Shown one piece after another: positions 47,249 through 57,094 of a DNA stretch of 64,000 nt. This DNA is from a virus. Its lineage: Duplodnaviria > Caudoviricetes. Within the stretch, counting starts at the first letter, position 1. The number at the start of each line of letters is the position of its first letter. The position numbers were made by a program, and so were the translations under genes. The stretch is taken from positions 30,540 to 94,539 of the IMG/VR virus record IMGVR_UViG_3300010429_000409. One strand, 5' to 3'. The notes below the pieces were generated by a model. The model made no database searches. It was not told the origin of the DNA and worked only from the letters and a program-made list of their open reading frames with translations.

Positions 47249-47710
47249 TCCTCACCTTCCACTGGTATCCAAACAGTCAGGATTCCTCCCAGATGGACTT
47301 GGCCTTGTTCTTCCACTTTCAGCCCCGCCCCTCGCAACATCCGGACCACATAAGCCAGCGCCTCGGGAGTCATTTCAAACAGGCACGTGCCGCGTTGGGA
47401 ATCGGCCGTGTATGGAAATGCCATCCCTCGAACATGCCCCCGTCTGCGCTTCCACCACATTTTCAGCGCCTTCAGCCTCATAGCTCAGTCCACCTTTTCC
47501 ACATCTTGGCCACCATCTCATCGGCCTTTTCCAACGCCTTCCGCTCGCACTCATCCCGATCTTTTGACTCTATCCTGACCCAACGGCGCCCTCGGCCTGG
47601 CGGGATGTCGATGCTGTAAGTGCCTCTGTATCTGCAAACTTCCAAAATCCAGCCAGATTTCTGGTGTTTCAAAAACCCAATGCATGTTGAACGGTGATGC
47701 CCCATGGTTC

Positions 47711-49768
47711 TCACCTCAACTGGTACAGGCCAGACGGCAGGCGCTCCAGCTTTCCGGCCTTGACCATCTTTTGGATCAAGACAGTCACCGCATTGGGGTG
47801 GACTTTTCCATCCGCCTCCGCAACTGCCTCTTTCACTTCAGAGGGTGCGTGCGGTGCACCATCCTCAAACACACTACTTGCCAGGGCACGCCAATCCAAG
47901 GCCACCTCCATGCCAGGACCTGGCTGGGGCGCCTCGGGCTCATCCTCGGGCTCCGCTGCCATTTCCTCACGTTCAGGCATCGGTGGCAAGTGCACTGGTT
48001 CCTCTTCCTCATTTTCCTTGTTCGTGGTGGGCTTGAATCGCTTGACAAACCTCAATACATCTTCTGTGATAGGGCATTCCCTTGAATCGCTGACCAACTT
48101 GGCCAGCTTCAGCAGGTTCTTGACATCCCGTCCGGTCAGGTCAGGATACCTCTTCACGATGGCATCAATCACGTCCGGGTCGATGGTGATTTCAGCCGTG
48201 CTCGCCAACACCTTCCAGATGGCCGTCTGATCCTCAGGTGTTGGCGCCTTGTAGTCAATGCGAGCCACGCATCTGGAAGCAATCGCATCATCCACGAGGT
48301 CCGATCTGTTGGTGGTCAAGAACAACACGCCTTTGTAGTATTCCAACACCCGAAGGAACACGCCAACGATGGCATTTTGCTGTAGATCATTTCCACGCGT
48401 GTGGACATAGACATCCGCTTCATCCAACAGCATGATGGCATTCCACCTGGATGCCCTGGCAAACGCTTTCAGCAGCTCATCCTCCAGCGTGTCCGGGTCG
48501 GTTCCCAGCTGGCTGGCCTGCACTGTGTACAACGGCCTGGCCATCACTTCAGCGTACACCTCCGCTGTCAGCGTCTTGCCTGTTCCAGGGATGCCAGCGC
48601 ACAAGATGATTGCGCCTCCGCTCTTGCCTTTCACGATGTCTCTGAATTGGCCTTTGTGGGCCAACAACATCTCAACCAGGTTCCGGGAGTCGCTGGGCAG
48701 AATGAGCTTGCTGCTGAGGTGTGGATCATAGACATATTCCGTCAATTGCCCAACATCAATTCTCAGTCGGAGGTGTCGTTTGAGATCAAAGCATGCCAGA
48801 TATGGGTGCAGCGGTATTTCAGGAAGTGGCACGGAATCATAGTCATCAATTTCATCTTCCAAATCACCACTTTCATCGTTGTCACCATCCCGTTTTCCCC
48901 GCACCTTCCTCCTGTGCCACCACAATTTCTCCAAATGCGTTCTGTTGTTGTGCCTTCGGTCCTCATCCTTGTCATTTTCAAAAAACACGTCAACCACAAC
49001 TCTGGATGGTTCCCCAGCCTTGTCCAGTTGGATGCTCTTTGTCCTGTTCCAATACCATGAGCTGTCACGCTTTTTTTGATTCCCATCACAGTCATCAGTC
49101 CCACACCCGATGGCCATGAATTGTTTTCCAATTTTATCCACCCATTTTTCCCACTTGGCCTGGCGCTCCATCCGCTCCGTGTACAATTGGGCGCTCTCCA
49201 AAACATAGCCCTTTCTGGCAAGGGCTTCCTCAACCGTGATGCCAATGCAATCTTCAGCCTCAAACCCAACAGACAACCCATCCCGTCCACCAAATTCAGT
49301 CCATACCAATTTCATCTCAGCATAGGCTGCATGATAATAATCACGCTCTTTTCGCTCCGGATGGAACTCAGTTGATTTGACATAATAGCAAAGCCAGACG
49401 CCACGTTCATCATCCCTCCTGTACACCCGAGGTTCCCATGTCCTGCCTTCGGCCTTGTTCTTATCAGCAGAACGGATGAGAGTCTGGATGAGCATTGCTT
49501 CAAACTGCTGGACTGAACGTGGCTTGGTCTTGTCCCCTGACAGCGTTGAAAGCCACAACTTGCAATCGGCAAGAACCGTCTTGGCGCCTTTGCAAGCCAA
49601 GTGCGCTCCGACCATTTCCATCAGATGCTGAATCTGTTTTTGGCTGTGGCATGAAAGATCAATCTGCTCATATTTCTTCCATCGGTTCTCAGAATCCTGA
49701 ACACCATAGGCATTCAAATTCTTGCACCCAATGGCCCCAATCAATTCATTCCACAGCTTGATTTGCAT
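47711..49768 (-). CDS. AAA+ ATPase with long N-terminal region
   Basis: Walker A GIPGTGKT, Walker B LLDEAD, sensor-1 LTTNR, DDAIASR arginine finger. Confidence 0.9.
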   Translation of the reverse strand: MQIKLWNELIGAIGCKNLNAYGVQDSENRWKKYEQIDLSCHSQKQIQHLMEMVGAHLACKGAKTVLADCKLWLSTLSGDKTKPRSVQQFEAMLIQTLIRSADKNKAEGRTWEPRVYRRDDERGVWLCYYVKSTEFHPERKERDYYHAAYAEMKLVWTEFGGRDGLSVGFEAEDCIGITVEEALARKGYVLESAQLYTERMERQAKWEKWVDKIGKQFMAIGCGTDDCDGNQKKRDSSWYWNRTKSIQLDKAGEPSRVVVDVFFENDKDEDRRHNNRTHLEKLWWHRRKVRGKRDGDNDESGDLEDEIDDYDSVPLPEIPLHPYLACFDLKRHLRLRIDVGQLTEYVYDPHLSSKLILPSDSRNLVEMLLAHKGQFRDIVKGKSGGAIILCAGIPGTGKTLTAEVYAEVMARPLYTVQASQLGTDPDTLEDELLKAFARASRWNAIMLLDEADVYVHTRGNDLQQNAIVGVFLRVLEYYKGVLFLTTNRSDLVDDAIASRCVARIDYKAPTPEDQTAIWKVLASTAEITIDPDVIDAIVKRYPDLTGRDVKNLLKLAKLVSDSRECPITEDVLRFVKRFKPTTNKENEEEEPVHLPPMPEREEMAAEPEDEPEAPQPGPGMEVALDWRALASSVFEDGAPHAPSEVKEAVAEADGKVHPNAVTVLIQKMVKAGKLERLPSGLYQLR

Positions 49769-50004
49769 CGGTCACCCCGCCTCTTGTATCAATTGCCAAT
49801 CTGTTGGTTCTGTGCGCAGGCGGTCAATCCGGATGGCTCGGCACCCTCCGACCGTCTTGGGATTCCCTGACACCACCTCACAGATGGCCAGCACCCCATT
49901 CCCCAAATCCTGGAACCCCACCACTTTGTACAAGATGGTGTTGCCCTTCCTGTCTTTGTTGGTCCACAACTGACCAATTCTGACGTCTGTTTGAAGGCTG
50001 GTTT

Positions 50005-50349
50005 TCATCGCCCTTCCTTGCCACCATCCTCTTCCTCGGGCTTCCCGCACGCATGCCCTCCGGAGCACTCTTCACAACCACAGGCGTCTTGGGCTGTGTC
50101 CTCAGCCGCTTTGGCCCACGCCATGCGTTCCATGGCATCATGGACCGTTCTGTGATAGCTGAAGATGTCAGCCGCCTTGTTGGCCTTTTTGGCCAATTCT
50201 TCCATCTCAGTCTCGTTTGCTCCACGCCTGACACGCATCCAGTGCATGTATAGGATCTGGGCCAACTCCCTCGCCCTGTCCTGGATGGCGTAGCACTCCT
50301 GAATCGACATGGCGATGTGCGCCTTGACCTTCCCATTACCGTCTGCCAT
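50005..50349 (-). CDS. Hypothetical protein
   Basis: RBS GGAGGAA directly downstream of the palindrome. Confidence 0.55.
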   Translation of the reverse strand: MADGNGKVKAHIAMSIQECYAIQDRARELAQILYMHWMRVRRGANETEMEELAKKANKAADIFSYHRTVHDAMERMAWAKAAEDTAQDACGCEECSGGHACGKPEEEDGGKEGR

Positions 50350-50364
50350 CGGTTCCTCCGTTGA

Positions 50365-50396
50365 TTGGTGGTTAGGTATTTATACCTAACCACCAA
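50365..50396. promoter_or_regulatory. Perfect 15-bp inverted repeat, intergenic
   Basis: TTGGTGGTTAGGTAT-TT-ATACCTAACCACCAA. Confidence 0.65.
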
Positions 50397-50989
50397 AATT
50401 GTCAGATCAAGTCCTTGTCCTTGGCCAACCAGCCAGGAATGGTCATTTCCATCTGATCTTCATCGTGACTCAGCACTTGGCTCTTGGGAATCCACACCTC
50501 AATCCCTTCGATTTCCAAGAGCAACGCCTTGTCCGTCTGCTTGACGATCTGTTCATAGTTGAAGGTGTGCTCAGGAATCTCACTCATGACTTTCCTCCAG
50601 CGCCTTCACGGCGGATTTGCTCCAACGCCCAACCATCCCTTTCTTGTCCCATCCCACAGTATCAAGCGGGTCATCCTGTTCCAACCGCACGATGTATTCA
50701 TTTTTGCACGCACCCACCAGCGTTCCAACAACAAAACGTCTGGAACCTCGGGTGCCAGGCGCCGCGCCACCTCCACGCTCCACCATGACACGGGTTCCAA
50801 ACCTCATCTCACACCTTCCTGCTCCGGAGGTCCGCCAGAATCCTGGTCAGGTCCATGCTCGCCCGTCTGACAGCCCCAGACTCACGACATCCCATCCAGC
50901 TGAAGCCACCTTCCTTGATCCTTTTTTGGGCCTTTCTACAGGCGCCAATGAATCTTTGCGCCTCTGAAATGGCCAGCTTGATGGACTCT

Positions 50990-51301
50990 TCATTGATCAT
51001 TCTCGCCCTCGCCGCGCTTGGTGGAGTGCGTTTGCTTCTCCATCGCCCCAATCGCTTGGTCGGCCGCATAGCTAACCAGGCTGACCGCGCCACCCCACAA
51101 CACAACCCTTCCATCTGCTCCCAATACCAATACACCCCACACCACTCCGACCCAGAACCCAATACACATCGAGCACCCTACCAGCCGCCCGAGGCATTTG
51201 CTGTGCCTCCGGAGCATCGCTCTGGCTGGGGCCATGACTCGGCCTGTGCTGGCAATGATCGCCAACCCCGCAGCACCTATGAGGCTGAACGTGTCCATCA
51301 C
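50990..51301 (-). CDS. Small membrane protein with CxxCxGFW motif (DUF1360-like)
   Basis: Hydrophobic helices; LVGCSMCIGFWVG. Confidence 0.5.
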   Translation of the reverse strand: MMDTFSLIGAAGLAIIASTGRVMAPARAMLRRHSKCLGRLVGCSMCIGFWVGVVWGVLVLGADGRVVLWGGAVSLVSYAADQAIGAMEKQTHSTKRGEGENDQ

Positions 51302-51992
51302 AAGTTGTTGGCAGGCTCCAGCGGGGAGTTGTCGCTGGAATCCGGGAGGATTCCGGCCTTGGACAGGGTGTTGGCCAGCTTCTGAAGATTGTCCTTGCTG
51401 AGGCGCACCCCAACCAGGTCGCCCTCCACCACAGCTTCGCCCTTGGACATCAACCCGGCCAGAAAGGCTCCACCACCATCCGTGAAGCTCAATGCCGGGC
51501 AGCAGCCATCACGACACAGCAGGATCTTGGGTGGGAGAATCATCACTTGTTCCCTTTCTTGGTTTTGGCCTTCCTGAAGTGGACCAACCAAACATTTTCA
51601 ATCTTCTCAGCCCCGATGCACTCCATGTCTGCATGCCGTTCATCTCCAGGCATGTTCTCCATTGCCCAGATTTTGGCATCCGCCTCGGTGCTGGCAGATA
51701 TCACAATCACGCTGATCTCGCCCTTTGCCGGATGGCCTGCCATGGGTGGACGTTTGCTTGCCACTGCCACGGACTTTTTGGCCATCTTTTTGGCCTTATT
51801 CTGCGCCAATGGCTTCAATGCACACCTCGCAGTAAGCCCCATCGCCAGCGGGCATGCACTCTGAACACCCTTCCTGGCCACAACGCGGGCACTTGTACCA
51901 CCTGTGCCCTGTCTCCAACTCATGTTCGTGGAGTTGGGCACAGCTCACTTCGGTCCCACAACCAGGGCAAGGTTCTTTGGCATCGTGGAAGC

Positions 51993-52568
51993 TCATGCCT
52001 GAACCACCTCCGCCTTGGGCGCCTCCGCCTTGGGCGCCTCCGCCTTGGGCGCCTCCGCCTTGGGCGCCTCCGCCTTGGGCGCCTCCGCCTCCGCCTTGGG
52101 CGGAGTGATCTTGATCTCGGGTTTGGGCTTGGGAGCGTACTTGGCTTTGATTGCGTGGATCTCAGCCAGAATCGGCTGGCGCTCCTTGTACGCCTTGGCC
52201 GTCAGGTCCTTGATGGAAGCAGCATGGCGCTCTGCCGCTTCCTCCATCTTCCGCTTCATCCCGATTTCCAGCTGGTCAAGAGCACCACGCCGCTCCGCCT
52301 TGTTCTCATCCTGAAGGATGTTGTGCTTGTCCTCCAACTTCTTGAGCTGGCGCTTGTACTCCTTGGCGATCTTTTCAGCCTTCCTCGTGTAGGACTCAGT
52401 GACCTGCTTGGCCTCTGTGCTGAACTTCTTGGTGGTGGCCCTGTTTTCCTCTTGGAGCGCAGCTGTCAGCTTGAAGTTTTCCTTGCCCTCATCCCGACCG
52501 ATTTCAGCCAGCTTCTTGTCCAGCTGCGCCAGCCGGTCGTGATCCTTCTTGTCCATCCGCACCTTCAT
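51993..52568 (-). CDS. Coiled-coil protein with C-terminal (AEAPK)n repeat
   Basis: RBS GGAGGG; Lys/Glu/Ala heptads. Confidence 0.65.
   Translation of the reverse strand: MKVRMDKKDHDRLAQLDKKLAEIGRDEGKENFKLTAALQEENRATTKKFSTEAKQVTESYTRKAEKIAKEYKRQLKKLEDKHNILQDENKAERRGALDQLEIGMKRKMEEAAERHAASIKDLTAKAYKERQPILAEIHAIKAKYAPKPKPEIKITPPKAEAEAPKAEAPKAEAPKAEAPKAEAPKAEVVQA
52007..52080. repeat. 15-nt coding tandem repeat, ~5 copies
   Basis: GCCTCCGCCTTGGGC units. Confidence 0.9.
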
Positions 52569-53205
52569 GGCATCCCTCCGTGCTGGCCAACAGTTTGTCA
52601 AATTTGGAAAGCAACGCCTTCACAGGGTCAACAGGACCCAACAGGCGCTTCGCTTCCCGCCTCCGGAGCCGTCTGCGCTTGTCTCTGCGCCCCATCACAA
52701 ACCTTCCTTGCTCAGGCCTGGCCTGGGTCCACCAAAGATGACACCTCTGCACTTTTCACACACCCACCTCCCGGAATCCTCCACCAAATTCTGGTCGGAT
52801 TCACAGAATGGGCAGTGCGTCACATCTTGGTGTTCCCTTGTTTCAACGTGGCAAGAACACTCCTGCTTGGCTGTCAATTCATCCAATTCCTTGGTGTGCA
52901 GGTGGCCATCGCCAGAGCAATGCTCGCACACCACAGGCGCCAACGCTCCTGTGTTGAATGCCTGATCCAACCTATTGGCCAACCTCACCCAAAAATTCCA
53001 TGGATATTTCTCAGCCGTGTTAGATTGCGATCCACTTCCTTCGCAGTATGGACACGACAGTGGCCCGGTGACTTTGGCAGGAATCTCCGGGCGCACTGCC
53101 GTGGGCGGAATAGGCTTTTGGGCATCCAATTCCTTCAACAGCCCCTTGGCCCGTTCCAGAATCTCAAACAGTTCATTGATCTTGTCGCTGGACACGTTCA
53201 CACCG

Positions 53206-54168
53206 TCACTCGGTGGGTTCGATGCCAAACTGGTTGGTCAGGTCGAAGTCCTCGATGAGCTGGTTGGCGTGCGCCTGGCTGACTTCCGAGGCCACCTGGG
53301 ACAGGGCCACGGAGCAGATGTTGTGGCTGAACTTGCCACGCTTCTTGATGGCGCCCGCGATCTTGGTCCGCATGGCGTCCAGAGTGGCCTGCTGCTCTTC
53401 CGTCAGCTCACCCTCATCCTCGGCCTCACCCTCACCCTCATCCTCGGCCTCACCCTCACCCTCATCCTCGGCCTCACCCTCATCCTCGGCCTCATCCTCG
53501 GCCTCACCCTCATCCTCGGCCTCACCCTCATCCTCATCCTCGGGCTCATCCTCGGGCTCATCCTCGGGCTCATCCTCGGCCTCGGGCTCATCCTCGGCCT
53601 CGGGCTCATCCTCGGCCTCGGGCTCATCACCCTCTTCACCATCGCCCTCGGAATCAACCCCATCGTCATTCGCTTCCTCGGCCTTGGACGCCTTCTTGCC
53701 CTTCCCCTTGGCCTTGGCCTTGGGCTTGGCCTTGGCCTTGCCACCAGCCGCGCTGAAGCGGCTCTCCCCGCTCTGGTCCTGGTTGAACAACTCGCACTCC
53801 TGGTTGCGACAGAATCCCCACGGGTCGGTGGTCTTGACCACCTCGCCCTTGTTGGGCGTCTTGTACATGGGATGGGAGCACTTGGGGCACCTCGGGTGCA
53901 CCGGGTGCGTCCCACCGTGGCGCCGGTCTGCCTGCGGCTTGGCCACCTTCTTGACCGCCTTGGGCGCGGGCTTGGTCTGGGCCTTGGGCGCGGGCTTGGT
54001 CTGGGCCTTGGGCGCGGGCTTGGTCTGGGCCTTGGGCGCGGGCTTGGTCTGGACCTTGGGCTTGGGCGCGGCCTTGGGCGCGGGCTTGGTCTGGACCTTG
54101 GGCTTGGGCGCGGCCTTGGGCGCCTTCTTGGACACCGGCTTGGCTTCCTTGTTCTTGCGCTTGGACAT
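53206..54168 (-). CDS. Protein with basic PAK repeats, Cys4 finger and acidic repeats
   Basis: RBS AAGGAGG; (AQTKPAPK)n, CPKC...CRNQEC, (EDEPEA/EDEGEA)n. Confidence 0.75.
   Translation of the reverse strand: MSKRKNKEAKPVSKKAPKAAPKPKVQTKPAPKAAPKPKVQTKPAPKAQTKPAPKAQTKPAPKAQTKPAPKAVKKVAKPQADRRHGGTHPVHPRCPKCSHPMYKTPNKGEVVKTTDPWGFCRNQECELFNQDQSGESRFSAAGGKAKAKPKAKAKGKGKKASKAEEANDDGVDSEGDGEEGDEPEAEDEPEAEDEPEAEDEPEDEPEDEPEDEDEGEAEDEGEAEDEAEDEGEAEDEGEGEAEDEGEGEAEDEGELTEEQQATLDAMRTKIAGAIKKRGKFSHNICSVALSQVASEVSQAHANQLIEDFDLTNQFGIEPTE
53408..53630. repeat. Coding tandem repeats (12-24 nt) encoding an acidic tract
   Basis: CTCATCCTCGGC-based units. Confidence 0.85.
53957..54122. repeat. 24/48-nt coding tandem repeats encoding a basic tract
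   Basis: GCCTTGGGCGCGGGCTTGGTCTGG units. Confidence 0.85.
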
Positions 54169-54255
54169 GACATCCTCCTTGGTTTGGGCTTCCGCCCTCG
54201 TTCAATGCCTTCCTCTGGACACTTCCAAAGCAAGGCCAAAACCGCTGAATCAACC

Positions 54256-55212
54256 TCACTCCTCATCGCTGCTGATGGCGTCGTTGATCATCTCAGCTTC
54301 CTCAACAGCCTCCAGGCTGGGGCTCCACCGCTTCACACCCCGGAACCGCTTTTCAGTGATTTCCACCGGAGCCAGGAACCGGACAAAGTTGCCGTTGATT
54401 TCCACAGCCTCGGGCGCGATCAATCCCTTGTCCACCATGTCCTTGATGACCTCGTCCAGCTTGGGCTCAACCTTGGTGGTCTTGGTGATCACGTAGAATC
54501 CGCCCGGGATGCGCTTGCCACAGCCGCGCTTCAACTCCCGCTCCACCACGTGCGTCTCAACAACCTTGATGCCTCTGGCCTTCATCTCATCACGCACTTC
54601 CTTGGTGTCCTCGGGCTTCAGAATGTACTCGATGCCAGCCGGCAGGAACATCCCGAACAGCTTGCCTCTGGGCAGACGGCCAGTGCCACCACACCGCTCG
54701 CACTGGACTTCGCCCTCCAGCTTGTGCTCGGAAGGCTTCCACGCATTGGGCTGGTGCAACCAGTAGTTGTAGCGCCTGTAGTCCCAGCGGGTTCCATCCA
54801 CCTTCACCTCCCCGCCCGTTCCGAGGGTGGCCTTGCCCTTGCCGCCGCAGCAGGCGCAATCGCTGATGGCCTTCTCCAGCCTGGCGATCTTGTCTTGGGT
54901 CCGCTTGAGGTGGTGAGCGGCCAACTTCTTGGCTTTCCCTTCCTCCAGCCGGTCCTTGGAATCTTCCAGCTCCTGGCCATTTTTGCGACACTCGGGGCAC
55001 TCGGCCTCCCCGAGGCAGCTGGGGCACTCGTCATACTCGCCCTCATCGTGGGCGAGGAAGATGACCGTGCCATCTTCCAGCAGCTTCTGGCCAACGTCGA
55101 TGTTGGGGATGCGCTTGGAAATGCCCTGGGTGGCCGCTTCCTCGCTGTAGTCCTTGATGGTCTTGTAGTGCTGGGCTCCGACCCACATGAGGTACGTGTT
55201 CTTGATTTCCAT
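54256..55212 (-). CDS. Hypothetical protein with DnaJ-like CxxCxG zinc motifs
   Basis: CPSCLG, CPEC, CACCGGKG, CERCGGTG; first gene after promoter copy 3. Confidence 0.65.
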   Translation of the reverse strand: MEIKNTYLMWVGAQHYKTIKDYSEEAATQGISKRIPNIDVGQKLLEDGTVIFLAHDEGEYDECPSCLGEAECPECRKNGQELEDSKDRLEEGKAKKLAAHHLKRTQDKIARLEKAISDCACCGGKGKATLGTGGEVKVDGTRWDYRRYNYWLHQPNAWKPSEHKLEGEVQCERCGGTGRLPRGKLFGMFLPAGIEYILKPEDTKEVRDEMKARGIKVVETHVVERELKRGCGKRIPGGFYVITKTTKVEPKLDEVIKDMVDKGLIAPEAVEINGNFVRFLAPVEITEKRFRGVKRWSPSLEAVEEAEMINDAISSDEE

Positions 55213-55237
55213 CGTGCGTTCCTCCTGCCCAGTTCAA

Positions 55238-55429
55238 TATGCGAAAAGCATACCGTTTCAATTCAAAGATTGTAATTGCATGCGGTATTGCTATTTTTGC
55301 ACATTTTGGCAGGAAGCCTCAGAACACAACAATTGTAACCTTTTTTCGTACCATTTTGACAGTATTCAAACATTTCAAAGGTTTCAATCCAGGAAAAGTT
55401 TTCCTGTGGTACGAAAAAAGGTTACAATT
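55238..55429 (-). promoter_or_regulatory. Repeated promoter module copy 3
   Basis: Minus-strand CGGTATGCTTTTCGCATA; perfect 22-bp inverted arms at 55331-55352 and 55408-55429. Confidence 0.75.
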
Positions 55430-55681
55430 GCCAAATCCCAGTTTTTGTTCATCTTTTGAATCAAAAGATGTCCAGCTTGGCGATTTGGTCGAATTTGATG
55501 CAATCGCCCGGGTCACCGTTGATTTCCACAGCCTCGGGCCACTCGTGTTGTTCCCCGTTGATTTTGCAGCGATTCATCCTGATTCCTGTGATCTTCCCTT
55601 CCCGCCTGAATCCGTCTTTGGTCTCAAGATGAAATCGCTTTTGGAGCATCCCACGGAGTTCAATGACCCATTTCCAGCTGT

Positions 55682-56128
55682 TCATACCATCCTCGCAATC
55701 TCCACACCAGCCTCCGATAACATCTCAACAGCCAGCTGATCTGGGTATTCATCCAGGTACACCACACGGAGAATCCCTGCATTGACCATCATCTTGGCAC
55801 AGATGACGCAGGGTGAAATTGTACAATACAATGTCCCACCAGCCATCGAGGCTCCGTCATGGGATGCTGCTTGGAGCATGGCATTCTGCTCAGCGTGAAC
55901 GGCCCGACACCTCTGCTGCTGCTCCCCTGATTTGATTCCTTCCCGATCACGCATGCAACCAATGTCAAGGCAGTGGGCCATCCCTCGGGGCGCTCCGTTG
56001 TAGCCTGTTGCCAACACCATCCCGTTGGGCCTGACGATGACTGCTCCAATCTTGCGCCGGAGGCATGATGAACGGGCACTGACCGCTTGCGCCAATCCCA
56101 TGAAATATGCATCCTTGTTGGGTCTCAT
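55682..56128 (-). CDS. dCMP deaminase
   Basis: SSCLRRKIGAVI, TGYNGAP, HAEQNA, SPCVICAK. Confidence 0.93.
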   Translation of the reverse strand: MRPNKDAYFMGLAQAVSARSSCLRRKIGAVIVRPNGMVLATGYNGAPRGMAHCLDIGCMRDREGIKSGEQQQRCRAVHAEQNAMLQAASHDGASMAGGTLYCTISPCVICAKMMVNAGILRVVYLDEYPDQLAVEMLSEAGVEIARMV

Positions 56129-56497
56129 CTGTCACCTTTCCTCTTGGCCTTGGCTTCCTTGGCCATCTGGGCCAACGTCTTACCAGGCACTCTCATCCCG
56201 GTCTTGCGATTCCAGAACTTGGATGCCAGTTCATCACCAACAACCTTGTGCAACTCCCGTTTGTGGATCAAGGCCACACCCTCCACGCCCACTGACTTCC
56301 CCTCTTTGTTTTCCATGTCATAGCTTCCCCAATAATCCAGCATCCGCTTTCCCACGATGATGACAAAGTCCTTGGGGTTGCCTTTCTTTTTGGTCAGACG
56401 CAGCAGCTCAAAAATCTGACGCCCATTTGGAGTCAGCTTTGCAATGTATTCCGCCTCCGGAGGTGATGACTTCACCACCTTCGGAACCTTGGGTGCC

Positions 56498-57094
56498 TCA
56501 TCCTCGGGCGATGTCTTGGGCAAGTCGGATTGCTGATTTGATTTGTTTTCCGATGCGTTCATTTTTCCCATTCCTCAGATAGTAAGATGGATGCCATGTC
56601 ACAACAACTGGGATCACCTTGGTGGCGCCCTTCCACCACATCTCATACTCATGGACATCATCCAGCAGGTTGCTCACTTTCTTGCTTCCAACCAATCTCC
56701 CGGCTGCTGTTCCGCCAAGGGCCAAGATTGCCTTGGCGTCCAATGCCCAAAGCATTGCATCAAGCCTCGGTGCGCATGCTACAATTTCATCAGGCTCCGG
56801 AACACGATTGCCTGGCGGTCTGCAACAGACCAGGTTGGTGATGAACACCTCATTGTGCGGCACCATCCCGATGGATTTCATCAACTCATCAAGCGCCCTC
56901 CCGGCCGGACCAACAAAGGGATAGCCCTGTTCATCTTCCTCTTGCCCTGGCGCCTCGCCCACAATCACCAGATTCACCTCTGGTGCCCCTCGCCTGAATG
57001 CCTGTTTCTTCCTCTGCTTGGACAATTCGCACCGCTGGCATCCAGTCCAACGGTCCTCAATGCTCTTGAGTTTGGCGTACACGTCCATGTTCAT
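56498..57094 (-). CDS. Uracil-DNA glycosylase, family 4 (Fe-S)
   Basis: CQRCEL, VGEAPG..ED..G.PFVGPAG, CCRPPGNR, WHPSY. Confidence 0.93.
   Translation of the reverse strand: MNMDVYAKLKSIEDRWTGCQRCELSKQRKKQAFRRGAPEVNLVIVGEAPGQEEDEQGYPFVGPAGRALDELMKSIGMVPHNEVFITNLVCCRPPGNRVPEPDEIVACAPRLDAMLWALDAKAILALGGTAAGRLVGSKKVSNLLDDVHEYEMWWKGATKVIPVVVTWHPSYYLRNGKNERIGKQIKSAIRLAQDIARG

Noticed and set aside
47711-49768. AAA+ ATPase as activator of the sigma54-like promoters
   Set aside because: Lacks the GAFTGA motif and other enhancer-binding-protein signatures.
52007-54122. Tandem repeats as a CRISPR array
   Set aside because: No unique spacers; unit lengths are multiples of 3 inside ORFs; no cas genes.
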